A stretch of DNA of 63,996 nucleotides, counting the filler, from Salisapilia sapeloensis CBS 127946 (taxonomy: Eukaryota > Protista > Oomycota), in the NCBI GenBank assembly GCA_023334545.1. It is 6 parts of 6 records of this genome, joined end to end, with 100 filler letters (N's around TTAATTAATTAA, not from the genome) between each part and the next. Parts side by side here need not be neighbours in the genome. Positions count along the whole stretch, not along the records: positions 1 to 22,461 come from JAADVB010000274.1; 5 more parts are not named here. The stretch is one strand, 5' to 3'. Under the pieces are notes generated by a model that saw only the letters and a list, made by a program, of their open reading frames with translations, made no database searches and was not told the origin of the DNA. Of the stretch, positions 1-10,310 are shown one piece after another. The position numbers were made by a program, and so were the translations under genes. Numbering within the stretch: the stretch's first letter is position 1; each line of letters begins with the position of its first letter.

Positions 1-426
1 GGATACGAGATAAACTAGACCCTCCCTCTCGAAGATATAGAGACACGGGAACACACTATTCGGACAATGAACTCCATTTATATTGTCTCTACCCTACAAC
101 CTTCAAACTCTTCCCATCCAAGTAGAACTGGCTGATTGTATCCTACATATCCTTGTACTCTTCCTGCTTCAATAGTTTGACGCGTAGATTCGTCTATTGC
201 GTTCGATAGTCTCCCACGTAGACATTGTCTTCTATTGCAATGACTGTGACATTCCGGTAATTAGATCACTTGTCTTGAAGTTGCCATTAACAGGTACGAT
301 ATTCCCATCTTTCTAGTGCTTCAAAGAGAATGCTGATCTACTTAACGATGTACTCACGACAACTTAAACGCTACCTTCAATGTTGCTTTGATAAAATACT
401 CAATGCTTGTCAATTATCCAACGTGC

Positions 427-2637
427 CTATTCTCCCTTTTCGAGGCACTCAGCCAATGTTTGGACTGCCAGTTGTAAGGTTGATGGATGACATCTATCCT
501 GCGTAAGCTGTACTTGGTTCTCGCCTTGCAAACTCTGCAAGAGCTGTATGGTCGTATGCGAAAGTTGCTCTAGTTGACGTTGCTGGATGCGAATCAATAC
601 TAGACAATAGGCGATCGCAAGTACAAGCAGGTACGGCATGAACATTCTTAGATTCATTGATTTGAGTGCATCCGTCGCCTTGGTAAAGAAAGACGAAATC
701 GTAAGCGCATCGTCAACGTCGTTCATGTCATTCACCTCGGACTTTGTGACTATATGGTAGTCACTTGCAATCTTTGGAGCTTGGCGTTTTGCCGGTGCTG
801 CTTTCACCTTCTTCGTCTGTTCAGATTGCTTCTGAATGTGCTTTGTCGCAAGTGCTGCCCATGCATCCAAGACGTCTTTACTCTCCGACTTTGTTGATGA
901 ATTGATTTGGGATTTGAACCAAGTAGACTTGTGGAAGTGGACAACAAGCCCAGTCTGTACTCGACAGAACTGAGCACCGTCACGCGTGAAGACCCACCTA
1001 GTCTCGATTTCGAAGTAATCACTAAAAGGAATTTTGGACATACGATGGCGGTCAGCGATCACGAAACGATCCCACCTCTCCCCATTCTTTTCCACTCGGA
1101 AGCGCTGCAGTCGAGAGCAATCTGCGTATGGTGGTAACCCAGGGAAAGACACTTTCGGCGGATGCTTCGACGTTACGTGTCGATATAAAGTGTAGTCATC
1201 TTCAGCTGAAAAGATGAACCCTTTCGATAGTTCTTCACGACTGGCACTATCAGTAGGGTACGTTTGCCAGTCGCCAATGTCAATGTCAATGTCCTGGGAC
1301 TGGGTCATTTGCTCCCGGAGGAACGCTTGCCCAGCACCATCGCCCCAAAGCTGCTCAAATACCAATTTAACATCCGCATGGAGTTCGCAATCTAGGAGCA
1401 GAGCCATCTTGGCGAGCGGAGCATCCGGTGGAAGTGGCTCGAATGGCTCATCGTCGCAGCTATGAGTCGAAGACTGGTCTTCGCTGATAGATCGCTGTTT
1501 GCTAGGTAGAGACATGAGTCCTCCTGTCTTTGGAGGAGTTAGATCGACAGCATCCTCTCCGTTGAAAGTGTTCTCTTGCTTCATATAGAACCGACGTCTG
1601 GCAGCAGCTTCATTCATAAGCTCATTTGCACTAGGTTTCCGATGCAGTCGCTCACTATCTCGGTACGCGTTCAAGAGCTGATCAAATCGGAGAAAGCACA
1701 TGTCTCGGAAGCCATTAAACTCTGCAAAGAAGTATTTTTCCTTGGCATTCGTCTTCACCTGCAATGCGTTGATGTAGTAAAACTGTGGTTTAACGATGTT
1801 CGCGACCTCGTCGTACTTGACCTTTAGCTTTAAATTTGTGTAGCCGAGAAAGCAAACGTGCTCTCTCGTGAGGAACAAATGACCGTAGTAAGGCTTTAGA
1901 TCAAGGAAAAAGGAGCAATGGAAGAGTGCTAGCGGCCGCTCTTCGTACGACAGCTCAAAGTCATCAAGAAAGTCAGAGGCAGACGGTGGCGGCAGTCCGC
2001 TCCAAGCAACAGACGTCGTTCCAGCCTGCTCTTGGAAGTCTTTAATCCGATTGTAGCAAGTGTCACACACGCGTTGAGGCTGTCCCTTGTTAATGTACAA
2101 GTCAAAGGGGACGATCGCCGTTTTAGCCGAACAAGAGGCACAGAAGGAGCCTCCACAGTTCCGGCAATGGTGCCGACCTTGTCCGAGCAAAGCTCCGACG
2201 TCCTGACGACAATTATCGCAGGAAAACATGTTTGCAAAGGGTGGTGGTGGGAGGTTCGCTTGCATGATCAGGGACGATAGATCGTCGCCAGATAACTCTT
2301 CATCAACGCCAGATCCGACGGAAAACTTTTCCATGACGTCGTGGAGATTCGTCTCCGTCGCTCTACGCTTTGGCTGATCAAACGATGCTCGACCGGATGA
2401 AAGTTGGGGGGACGACGTGTTACGCATGGAGGCTTTAAAGTCTGGTGGGAGTGTCTGAGACGCAGCATCGCCGTCCGAAAGAGACGACGGAAGGCTCAGG
2501 CGACGTGAGAGGCGTCGATCCGAGTCTTCACTGCCTCTAGCTCCATCGTCAGGAGAAAGCGAAGCCGTGTCGTGATCGTCGTAAGTGGCGCCCATTTCAG
2601 GATCTGGTAGAGAAGTGTCCACTACTTGTTCTTGCAT
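427..2637 (-). CDS. FYVE + GRAM + VASt (StART-like) lipid-transfer protein with C-terminal TM anchor (LAM/Aster/GRAMD1-like)
   Basis: 736-aa ORF. FYVE-type Cys pattern (CDNC..GRHHCRNCG..CASC..RVCDTC); GRAM-like segment (YGHLFLTREHVCF); VASt motifs (IPFSDYFEIETRW, FHKSTWFKSQI); hydrophobic MPYLLVLAIAYCLVLI near the C-terminus. Confidence 0.85.
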   Translation of the reverse strand: MQEQVVDTSLPDPEMGATYDDHDTASLSPDDGARGSEDSDRRLSRRLSLPSSLSDGDAASQTLPPDFKASMRNTSSPQLSSGRASFDQPKRRATETNLHDVMEKFSVGSGVDEELSGDDLSSLIMQANLPPPPFANMFSCDNCRQDVGALLGQGRHHCRNCGGSFCASCSAKTAIVPFDLYINKGQPQRVCDTCYNRIKDFQEQAGTTSVAWSGLPPPSASDFLDDFELSYEERPLALFHCSFFLDLKPYYGHLFLTREHVCFLGYTNLKLKVKYDEVANIVKPQFYYINALQVKTNAKEKYFFAEFNGFRDMCFLRFDQLLNAYRDSERLHRKPSANELMNEAAARRRFYMKQENTFNGEDAVDLTPPKTGGLMSLPSKQRSISEDQSSTHSCDDEPFEPLPPDAPLAKMALLLDCELHADVKLVFEQLWGDGAGQAFLREQMTQSQDIDIDIGDWQTYPTDSASREELSKGFIFSAEDDYTLYRHVTSKHPPKVSFPGLPPYADCSRLQRFRVEKNGERWDRFVIADRHRMSKIPFSDYFEIETRWVFTRDGAQFCRVQTGLVVHFHKSTWFKSQINSSTKSESKDVLDAWAALATKHIQKQSEQTKKVKAAPAKRQAPKIASDYHIVTKSEVNDMNDVDDALTISSFFTKATDALKSMNLRMFMPYLLVLAIAYCLVLIRIQQRQLEQLSHTTIQLLQSLQGENQVQLTQDRCHPSTLQLAVQTLAECLEKGE

Positions 2638-2927
2638 TTTACTGAAGTTATCAAGTGAGACCGCTTCCTGCCCATCCTATTCCCACAGATCCTCATTAGG
2701 ACGTGACATGCGACAAGATATATAGGTCAAAAGTTCAGAGACGAGCAAGAGGTATTTATAGTGTAACTCGTCCGAGGACGGCGGGATAAGGTGCCTGGCT
2801 GACAAAGTCATTCATGGGTAGTCGGACCATTCCAATGCGAGTGCATGCTTGCGCATCATATGAAATGATGACACTCGAATCAACAACTGAAATGCTTGCT
2901 GTCAATGTTAAATTCCATGAAAAAGCT

Positions 2928-4160
2928 TTAGCTCGAGCTACTTTCGTTCATGTCGTCGTTGTCAATCTCGGCCGTAGCTGAAGTGTCCGTCTCGCTCTCT
3001 TCTTCGCCCTTGGCCGAACTGCCACTTTGGCTTTCGTTTTCCTCGGTAGCTAAAGTGTCCGTGTCGCCCTCTTCTTGACTGTCGTCCGAAGTACCAACTT
3101 CGTCGCTTGTGTCCAGAGTTGAACTTCCATCGTCATCAGCTGTGTCTTCAATGGTATCCCCGTCGCCGCTGTTAGCCTTGGTATGTTCACCAAAGCTTTC
3201 GCCAAACTGACTAGCATCTTCTTGAATTTTGCTCGAAATGTCTTCTTCTTTCGTCTGCATCAAGAGCAAGTTGTTCATACCATTCGCTTGCTGTTTAATG
3301 ACTTGAGAGCCACTTCCAGTGAACGTGGTGGTATTTCCATTCGAGCTGCTGCCGTCGTCTGAAGGGTCATCACTACCGGCAGACTTATCCAAACTCGAGG
3401 ACGATGATCCGCCGACAGATGAGTCACTGCTCGTACGTGAGGAAGATGCGTTCGAAGTGACATTCCCGTCGGAGCCACTGTCATTGCCTCCAATAGTCGT
3501 GTTCTTGTCCGAAACAGAGGAAGTGTCACTGCCGACAGCAGAGGAAGTACCTTGATCCAATGCAGAACCATCGTTGCTGTTACCAGTAACCGACGTATCA
3601 TCATTCGATGCAGAAGCACTGCTGCTACGCGTAGTGGGGGTATCGTTTCCAGATACTGAAGCACTGTCGATGCTACCAGCATTAGGCGTATTGTTACTAG
3701 ATGCAGGAGCTTCTTCGCTACTGCTGGTAGATGACGCGTCTTGGTCCATTTGAGGAGTACTGCTACTGCTTCCAGTAGGCGTCGTGCCTTCACTTGTTTT
3801 TTCTTCATTTCCATTGTTCGCAGTTGCGGAAGGCTCATTAGCCGATGACAGCGCATTATCATTGTCTGCAGTAGAAGACGTATTATGTTCCGTTACGCCA
3901 TCATTCTCGCTGTCACCACCAGGAAATGTGCTATCTTTCGATTCGGTACCAGCTTTGGAGCGATTAGGACCTTCTTCGCCAGTCGCCGGCTTTGCTTCGC
4001 CTTGGATGTTTGAAGGATTGTCATTATTGCTGGTAAAGTCATCCGAAGGTTTCGTCGCGGAGTTCGAGTCCACCGTCTGAAGGTACCGTCCTTCAGCGTC
4101 GGCGTACCAACATGCAGCTAAGAATAATACGATGAAGAAGAACCGTGTTGTCACTGCCAT
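2928..4160 (-). CDS. Secreted acidic Ser/Thr/Asp/Asn-rich mucin-like protein 1 (signal peptide + RYLQ)
   Basis: ATG at 4160 gives signal peptide MAVTTRFFFIVLFLAACWYADA, then EGRYLQ and a low-complexity acidic Cys-free body. No TM or GPI tail. Confidence 0.75.
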   Translation of the reverse strand: MAVTTRFFFIVLFLAACWYADAEGRYLQTVDSNSATKPSDDFTSNNDNPSNIQGEAKPATGEEGPNRSKAGTESKDSTFPGGDSENDGVTEHNTSSTADNDNALSSANEPSATANNGNEEKTSEGTTPTGSSSSTPQMDQDASSTSSSEEAPASSNNTPNAGSIDSASVSGNDTPTTRSSSASASNDDTSVTGNSNDGSALDQGTSSAVGSDTSSVSDKNTTIGGNDSGSDGNVTSNASSSRTSSDSSVGGSSSSSLDKSAGSDDPSDDGSSSNGNTTTFTGSGSQVIKQQANGMNNLLLMQTKEEDISSKIQEDASQFGESFGEHTKANSGDGDTIEDTADDDGSSTLDTSDEVGTSDDSQEEGDTDTLATEENESQSGSSAKGEEESETDTSATAEIDNDDMNESSSS

Positions 4161-4686
4161 GTTATAAAGTCTAATAGTCCGTTGTTGGAGCTGCGCCAGT
4201 TCGTCCGGCTGAAGAGCCACAAGTTACAGCTGGCTGCCAGCGCATGGCTGACTCAGCCTAAACGTCATTATGACGTGGCGCTGACTTATGCCGGTCAACA
4301 TATGACAAGAGAGACTTCCAGCAAGCAGTGAAGGCTACATTTCATGACGTATGGCTGTGATTGTACATTAGCTGTTGTACTTGATTCCTACATACAGCTA
4401 ATATGTGATCTGGGACGAAGTATGCAGCCTATGCACCCGTATGCTTCCTCTTGACGCAAGGACGGCAATAGTACGTGAAGAACAGATCATATAGGAGTAC
4501 TACTTTTACGGGCACAGTTGGCTTCATTAACTACTCGATCTATTGAAAGGGCATTGCAGAGTTGTAGACCGGATACCATCGACAAATACGTTTTAAACAA
4601 AAGGTTTCTTTCTTAACGCTTGTACTTTGCATCATCCTGTACTGTTATGAGCGTATCTGTTGAGGGCCTGGATCCGCTAGAATCAA

Positions 4687-5544
4687 TTAATCACTCAGGT
4701 CGATCATGAGTAGGAAAGCTTCCATATTGGTTTTGGAGTCAACTGTGATGTTGCTGCTGGAAGCGTCAATCGAACCACTGGCTGACAGGCTTACGAGTAC
4801 GTCTTCATCCGAGTCATCCCCAGCATCCGCATCAGACCCCTGACTGTCACTTTCCGATTTCGTTGACGAGTCTGCCGCGGTGCTAGAGCCGTCATCGTCC
4901 ATTTCGTTCGACTGTTCTGCCGTAAGGTCAGAGCCGCTGTTTTCTGCTTCCGTCGATGATCCTGTCGCACTTACAGACCCGCTACTTGTCGCTTCCGTTG
5001 ATGATTCTGCAACATTATTGGAGTCTCCAATTGCATCATTCTCCGCAGACTTTGTCGTGACATCGGTGCTGCCACTAGCCTCTTCCTTTCGTGAATTTGC
5101 CTTACTCTCGGAGGCACCGGTGACCGCCTCCTTTGGCGGGCTTACAGCATCATCGGACCCGCTATCACTTGAGGGTAATGTTGCTCCGCTTCCAACACTC
5201 GATTCTTCAGGTTCGGGAGTAGTAGCCGTATTTGCGTCCGCGGCGGGACCATCGTTAGGACTGTTGCTTTTATCCCCAGAAGTCTTATCTTTCGTCGCTG
5301 ATGCAGTTGTGGTTTGAGACGCACTTGCTCCTAGATCAGAACCTTGTGACGTTTCACTCGCTTCAGTCATATCCGCACCATGGGCTTGTCCCAGGACGTC
5401 ATTTATACTCGACTCCGTGCTTAACGTCGTATCCAGTCTTCTGTCAGCTTGACCTTGCATAGTGTTGGAAGATATATCGGCTTGGACGATGGACGTAGCC
5501 ATGGTCATGAGCGCCATTGCGAACACCACTTTGCTGATCTTCAT
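4687..5544 (-). CDS. Secreted acidic Ser/Thr-rich mucin-like protein 2 (signal peptide + RRL)
   Basis: ATG at 5544 gives MKISKVVFAMALMTMATSIVQA, then ADRRLD and an S/T/D/E-rich body. Confidence 0.75.
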   Translation of the reverse strand: MKISKVVFAMALMTMATSIVQADISSNTMQGQADRRLDTTLSTESSINDVLGQAHGADMTEASETSQGSDLGASASQTTTASATKDKTSGDKSNSPNDGPAADANTATTPEPEESSVGSGATLPSSDSGSDDAVSPPKEAVTGASESKANSRKEEASGSTDVTTKSAENDAIGDSNNVAESSTEATSSGSVSATGSSTEAENSGSDLTAEQSNEMDDDGSSTAADSSTKSESDSQGSDADAGDDSDEDVLVSLSASGSIDASSSNITVDSKTNMEAFLLMIDLSD

Positions 5545-5848
5545 GCTTTTCAAATGCAGCTCTTTCGCTAGCAAGTGTTATAATGCCGTTCTGCGTGTAC
5601 TTGGCAAACGTCTATGCACTGCCTGAACAGCTCAGCGCATTAGTATATCTCCAAAAGTATCCACGTAGGATGAGCTGGCATGAGTAGTAACTCAGACATA
5701 TGATAAATTGCATTTTTTACAAGAAGTAGAAACTACGTAGCCTACGTGTCCGCAGCCAACTCTGTAGTCCATCAAGTACGGTGTGCGCTGGCACGTGATA
5801 ATGGTGTGCATTTATTCTTTCAAAAATAAAAAGTTGAGCTAGAGCACG

Positions 5849-7096
5849 ATGCGGATCTACCGAACACTTACACTGCTAGCACTCCTTGTCACCTGCATGG
5901 AAATGGGTGCATCTGCCAGATACCTCCAGCAAATGAGCGATACTCCTGTGGACGAAACTAGAAACACGCAAAATGCTGTGGAAAGCGGCCAAGGCAGCAG
6001 TACCGGACAAACATCTAGCAAGATGGACTTTAAAGGTACGAATAAAGCTGACGTCAAGGAAGTTACTGGAGAGGTTGATCCAGGCTCGGCCGAAGAGACA
6101 GAGTCCCTTCCGGCGACCTCTAGCTCGGATGGTGAAGCTGAGTCACCTCCAACGAGCTCTACCCCCAGCAACAAATCCAGTTCCACTGGAGAGAGCTCTG
6201 GATCCGGTGATGAGCTTAGCTCTACTCCGACAAGCGCTAGCTCTGGAGAAAAGTCGAAGTCTCCTGCTACGAGCCCTACTTCAGATGCTGAACCTAAAAC
6301 TCCTACGATGAGCTCTAATTCTGCAGGTGAAGATACTGCTACTACGACGGGCTCTAGTTCAAACAGTGAAACTGAGACTCCTACGACGGACTCTAATTCC
6401 GAGAGTGGAGGTAGTTCTTCAACTACAAGCTCTAGTTCGGATGATGGAGCTAAGACTCCTGTAGTGGACTCTGGCTCCGGTTTGCTACCGGATACTTCTT
6501 CAACAGGCTCCATATCCGGTGATGCAGCTAGTTCTCTTGCGAAGAGCCCAGGCTCTGGTGGTAGCGCTGCTGAGGCTGGAGGGTCGGATAGTGACGATGG
6601 TGAGGTCGGTTTGGAAAGCTTGAGCGGTTCAGGCAGTTCTGGCGATACTCTAAGCGGCTTTAGTGGTTCAACCTTCATGGCGGAGAACACCCCTACACTC
6701 CCTACCGGTCAAGAGGTCCCGATTACCGAGAGCCCAGAGAAGAAGAAAGAGACGAAAGAAAAGTTTGAAGAAAATGATCTCAAAGGAGAGGGTAGTGAGG
6801 ATAATATCATCAGTACCGACTCTGGTGACAAGAGCGAGGCGGGATCTGAAATCGAAGAAGTGGGAAGTTCTAGTAATGAAGATACGACGGAATCCAGTGA
6901 GGCAGATAAGACAGCAACAAGCGGAGGAGATACGACGGAGTCTAGTGGAGGAGATATTTCAAGCTCTGGAACGACAAGTGAGGCGAACTCTAATACTGGA
7001 GACGCATCGAGCGCCTCAAAGACAAGCGAGTCGGATACTATGACTGCTGATAAGGCGGAGTCTGGTACTGACGAAGAGACTGGAGTCGATTTGTAG
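5849..7096 (+). CDS. Secreted acidic Ser/Thr/Glu-rich mucin-like protein 3 (signal peptide + RYLQQ)
   Basis: MRIYRTLTLLALLVTCMEMGASA followed by RYLQQ and a repetitive S/T/E/G body; divergent from protein 2. Confidence 0.78.
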   Translation: MRIYRTLTLLALLVTCMEMGASARYLQQMSDTPVDETRNTQNAVESGQGSSTGQTSSKMDFKGTNKADVKEVTGEVDPGSAEETESLPATSSSDGEAESPPTSSTPSNKSSSTGESSGSGDELSSTPTSASSGEKSKSPATSPTSDAEPKTPTMSSNSAGEDTATTTGSSSNSETETPTTDSNSESGGSSSTTSSSSDDGAKTPVVDSGSGLLPDTSSTGSISGDAASSLAKSPGSGGSAAEAGGSDSDDGEVGLESLSGSGSSGDTLSGFSGSTFMAENTPTLPTGQEVPITESPEKKKETKEKFEENDLKGEGSEDNIISTDSGDKSEAGSEIEEVGSSSNEDTTESSEADKTATSGGDTTESSGGDISSSGTTSEANSNTGDASSASKTSESDTMTADKAESGTDEETGVDL

Positions 7097-7236
7097 TGAG
7101 GTGGGTTATCAGATACATGCGCCTACTGGATCTAAATGTCAAGCGACGATGCTTTTCAAAGAGATTGGATGCAAGAAAACAAGTTATGATCATTTCCATT
7201 TCCAATATGCAGCTTGTTGATCATTAATAAAGAATG

Positions 7237-9296
7237 TTAAAGCGAAGTCTGCCATTTCGGACGCAAGTGGTCATTAACGGAGCGTAGAAGTGGTGCTGGC
7301 GTATACTCCGCCCTACCTCGACCACCATGCATGTTCTCATCCAACGTGAAGCATAATAAGAGCATATTGATAGAGGTCTCATAGATCTAGTGATGTACAT
7401 TAGACGATACTTGATAGGGAAATATATAAGTGTGGTACCGTCATGAAGCCATGGGCGACACCATAGGAGAAGATTCCCATCGCCAATAGCGGCAGCAATG
7501 GGGATCCGACCTACACCACACGTTGAGATGATATCGACTAAACAATTGTAGAGATACGTACGTCATTTAGGAGAAACCAAGCGATGAGGCACGTTGTGGT
7601 GCACACAATCATCTTTCCAAGCAGAACAGAAGCATTTCCGATGACACTCAGTGCCCCCATCCGGAGTAAATTAGACGACACGAGCGTGTACGCCAACTTG
7701 CCGGACGAGTAAAAGTTCGATCCACGGATTGCTGTTATATACATTGCTTCGTTGCAAACGAACTTGAGACACGAGTTGAAACACCAGATACAGCAGCAAC
7801 ATCCTTTCGTGAGGAAGTTTGTCACTGCGTTATTATCCACTTCATTCTTTTCTTGCAAGTACAGGAAAAACCCTCGAATGGTACTCACAGGAGCAATCGT
7901 CGCACTGCTTAACGCTACGGTACCGAGATGATAGCGCATGGTGACGTGCGCAGCAAAGTTCACCGGGTCAGGATATGACTCGTGCGTATGTGTCGAGTCA
8001 CCGCGGTTGTTGACGCCAAAGTACCACAATGCAACAGCGATGGAGACGATCATCTCGCCAATCGACAGGACGAACGTTGCTGTCCAGTACATGCCCCACG
8101 CATGGAACAGGAACAACCAGCGTAGACGAGTGTCTGGCTCAAAGCTCTGCGTTGTGATCTGGATGGTCGATGGAGACGCTGCATCGATTGTCGCAACTCG
8201 TTCGGACATTTGCCCAGCACCGAACAAATGGACAGTCACGAGAATCCCCCACCAGAAGATGACTAGTAGTAGTAGGAAGGACAGAAACGGAACGACAAGT
8301 AGCTTCTTTAGTTTGGATTGGGCAGCAGCGGCGTGCGAGATGAACGTCCCTGCGAGGAGGAAGCGAGGGAGCATCATGAGTGCAAAGATGAAGAAGAGGA
8401 TGGCGCTGCAGCAACAGACGACAGCCGTGAGCTGGAGAGAGCTCTTCATGGCTGGATCATTCGGGTATACGAGAGGATCGGACGATGCTGCTAGCATTCG
8501 ATAGCTGGCGTACACGAGAATACTTTCAATACCGAGGATGGAGACGCCGATGGTGAGACAGCCACAGTAGCGAAGCATGATGAGGTAGATGGTAGCAGTG
8601 CCCACTGCTATGCCACACCCGATGAAGAGGGATTGCCATGCCTACTCGTCGTTAGATACTATGGTACAAGGACTATGTCAGAAGGGGGTGTACCTCGGAT
8701 AATGCACCGATGAAACGTCCGATGTTGTCCTGCAATTTCGCGACCATGACAGACTCAGAGTCGATTTCCACTGGTGCACAGACATACGTCCACGGGTGTG
8801 TTTTGTAGGACTTGAAATGCACTTCCGTCAGGTGTCTAGTGGCATTACTAGTACTATCCTCCGTCGCCATCGAGTTGTCATCTTCCAACGGGAGTTGGAA
8901 AACAAGATCTTGTCCGTCTTGCCGAGGACAATCGTCGATGCAAATGCCGAAATCGGGATTCCGTTGAAAGTCAGGAAAATATAAGAAACGACTGGAGCCA
9001 CATTCATGACCTTTAAAGTCGACACCCTGGTCTTTTACGTACTCCGCATAGTTTGTACTACTGTCCTGGGTAAATGCATAAAAGGATAGAGCTAGCAATG
9101 CAATCCAGTAGACGCCGAATAGCAATAAGAAGAGGATATCTGTAGGTCCTCGACGCATCTGAACGATATGAGCAGACTGATCGTCACTAAGAAGCGGCTG
9201 CATTTCTCTCCCTTGAGGTGGCTGTGCATTTTGAGCAGCCTGTCGACGCTGTGAAGACGATGATGGACGTCCTTCCTCTGGAGAGCTCTCGCTCAT
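7237..9296 (-). CDS. Choline transporter-like (CTL/SLC44/PNS1 family) protein, 4 exons
   Basis: RGPTDILFLLLF N-terminus, RYHLGTVA, LTKGCCCCIWC, IYETSINMLLLCF. In-frame GT-AG introns at 8642-8693, 7511-7561 and 7387-7438; stop TAA 7237-7239. Confidence 0.88.
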
Positions 9297-9670
9297 GATC
9301 CAAGCTCGTCCTTATTTCGTTTAGCTTCCAAGCTCTCGCTCTGTCTCGGATAATAACTCAGCTTTTTGTATTGATAAAGTGAGCATATATTTTGGATCAG
9401 TAGCTTCACTAAAGTCATGACAGTGATGGTGACAAGCTTCGGTGGCCAGTTTTTTCCTGTCGTTACAACGGCACTCTATATGCGCCTGATAGCTTACTTG
9501 CATGGCATGGTGATCTGCATGAAAAGCCATGCCGTAGCAACCTTTCAAGATGCACTATGTAGCCATGTTTCTTTTTTCAGCCAATCAAGTTATAAACCTG
9601 ATAATCTGGTATCGACTGGCCAAGGAATCGCATCATCGGTTCGTCTCGACACTACTCGGTCCAGCTCAGC

Positions 9671-10297
9671 ATGACAGACTCGATTGATGCTGAAGCCCAA
9701 GCGCTTATTGCTGCAAATGACCACCTTGAAGTGGTGCAGGTCGGCGAAGCTCCCAACCAACGTACTCGCGTGAAATGTGACTTGACTGGCCACGAGATGA
9801 TGCCCACGACTTCCGCGATTAACACGTACTTGGCATCAAAGAAGTACAAGAAAGCTCGTGACTGGTACAACTATGACTTTTCCAAGTACGAGCCGTACAT
9901 TGTGCCTCACCGTCGTAAACACAAGTGTCTGTACTGTAACGTGACAAATCAAATTCTGAATCGCATTCCGGCGGAAGTCGAGAAGCATGTGAATGGAAAG
10001 AAGTTTAAACGCATGAAGGAGCATGTCAAGGTCAAAGAATCGGATGGTACTGGAAAAGATGATCATGAGTTTGACGCCGATCTGTTTGAATTTGAGAATG
10101 CACAAGTCCTCGTATCTGACGAAGAGGAAGACGAGGGCTTAGAAGAAGAAAAGGTAGAAGACGATTTCACCGACTTGTATCCGTCGGATGAAGAAGACAG
10201 TAAAAAGCGAAAGCAAGAGGATGTGCAGATGGAGACGACGGAAGAAGATGTAGACATGGAAAAGAAAGCGCCGAAAAGAACGAAACGTAAAGCATAA
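9671..10297 (+). CDS. SURF2: Surfeit locus protein 2-like
   Basis: RVKCDLTGHEM, FSKYEPYIVP, LYCNVTNQILNRIPAEVEKHVNGKKFK, acidic/basic tail. Confidence 0.85.
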   Translation: MTDSIDAEAQALIAANDHLEVVQVGEAPNQRTRVKCDLTGHEMMPTTSAINTYLASKKYKKARDWYNYDFSKYEPYIVPHRRKHKCLYCNVTNQILNRIPAEVEKHVNGKKFKRMKEHVKVKESDGTGKDDHEFDADLFEFENAQVLVSDEEEDEGLEEEKVEDDFTDLYPSDEEDSKKRKQEDVQMETTEEDVDMEKKAPKRTKRKA

Positions 10298-10310
10298 CAA
10301 TCCTATTCTC

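Noticed and set aside
180-202. Hairpin with TTCG loop
   Set aside because: Short, imperfect, lacks the C-G closing pair and lies on the strand opposite the nearby gene.
3275-6690. Long alternative-frame and antisense ORFs over the mucin-like genes (3275-3862, 4880-5317, 5857-6690)
   Set aside because: Expected shadows of repetitive Ser/Thr codons; no signal peptide or domain.
2928-7096. Canonical RxLR-dEER effectors
   Set aside because: No fourth-position Arg, no dEER, no WY-like folded domain; the bodies are disordered and acidic.
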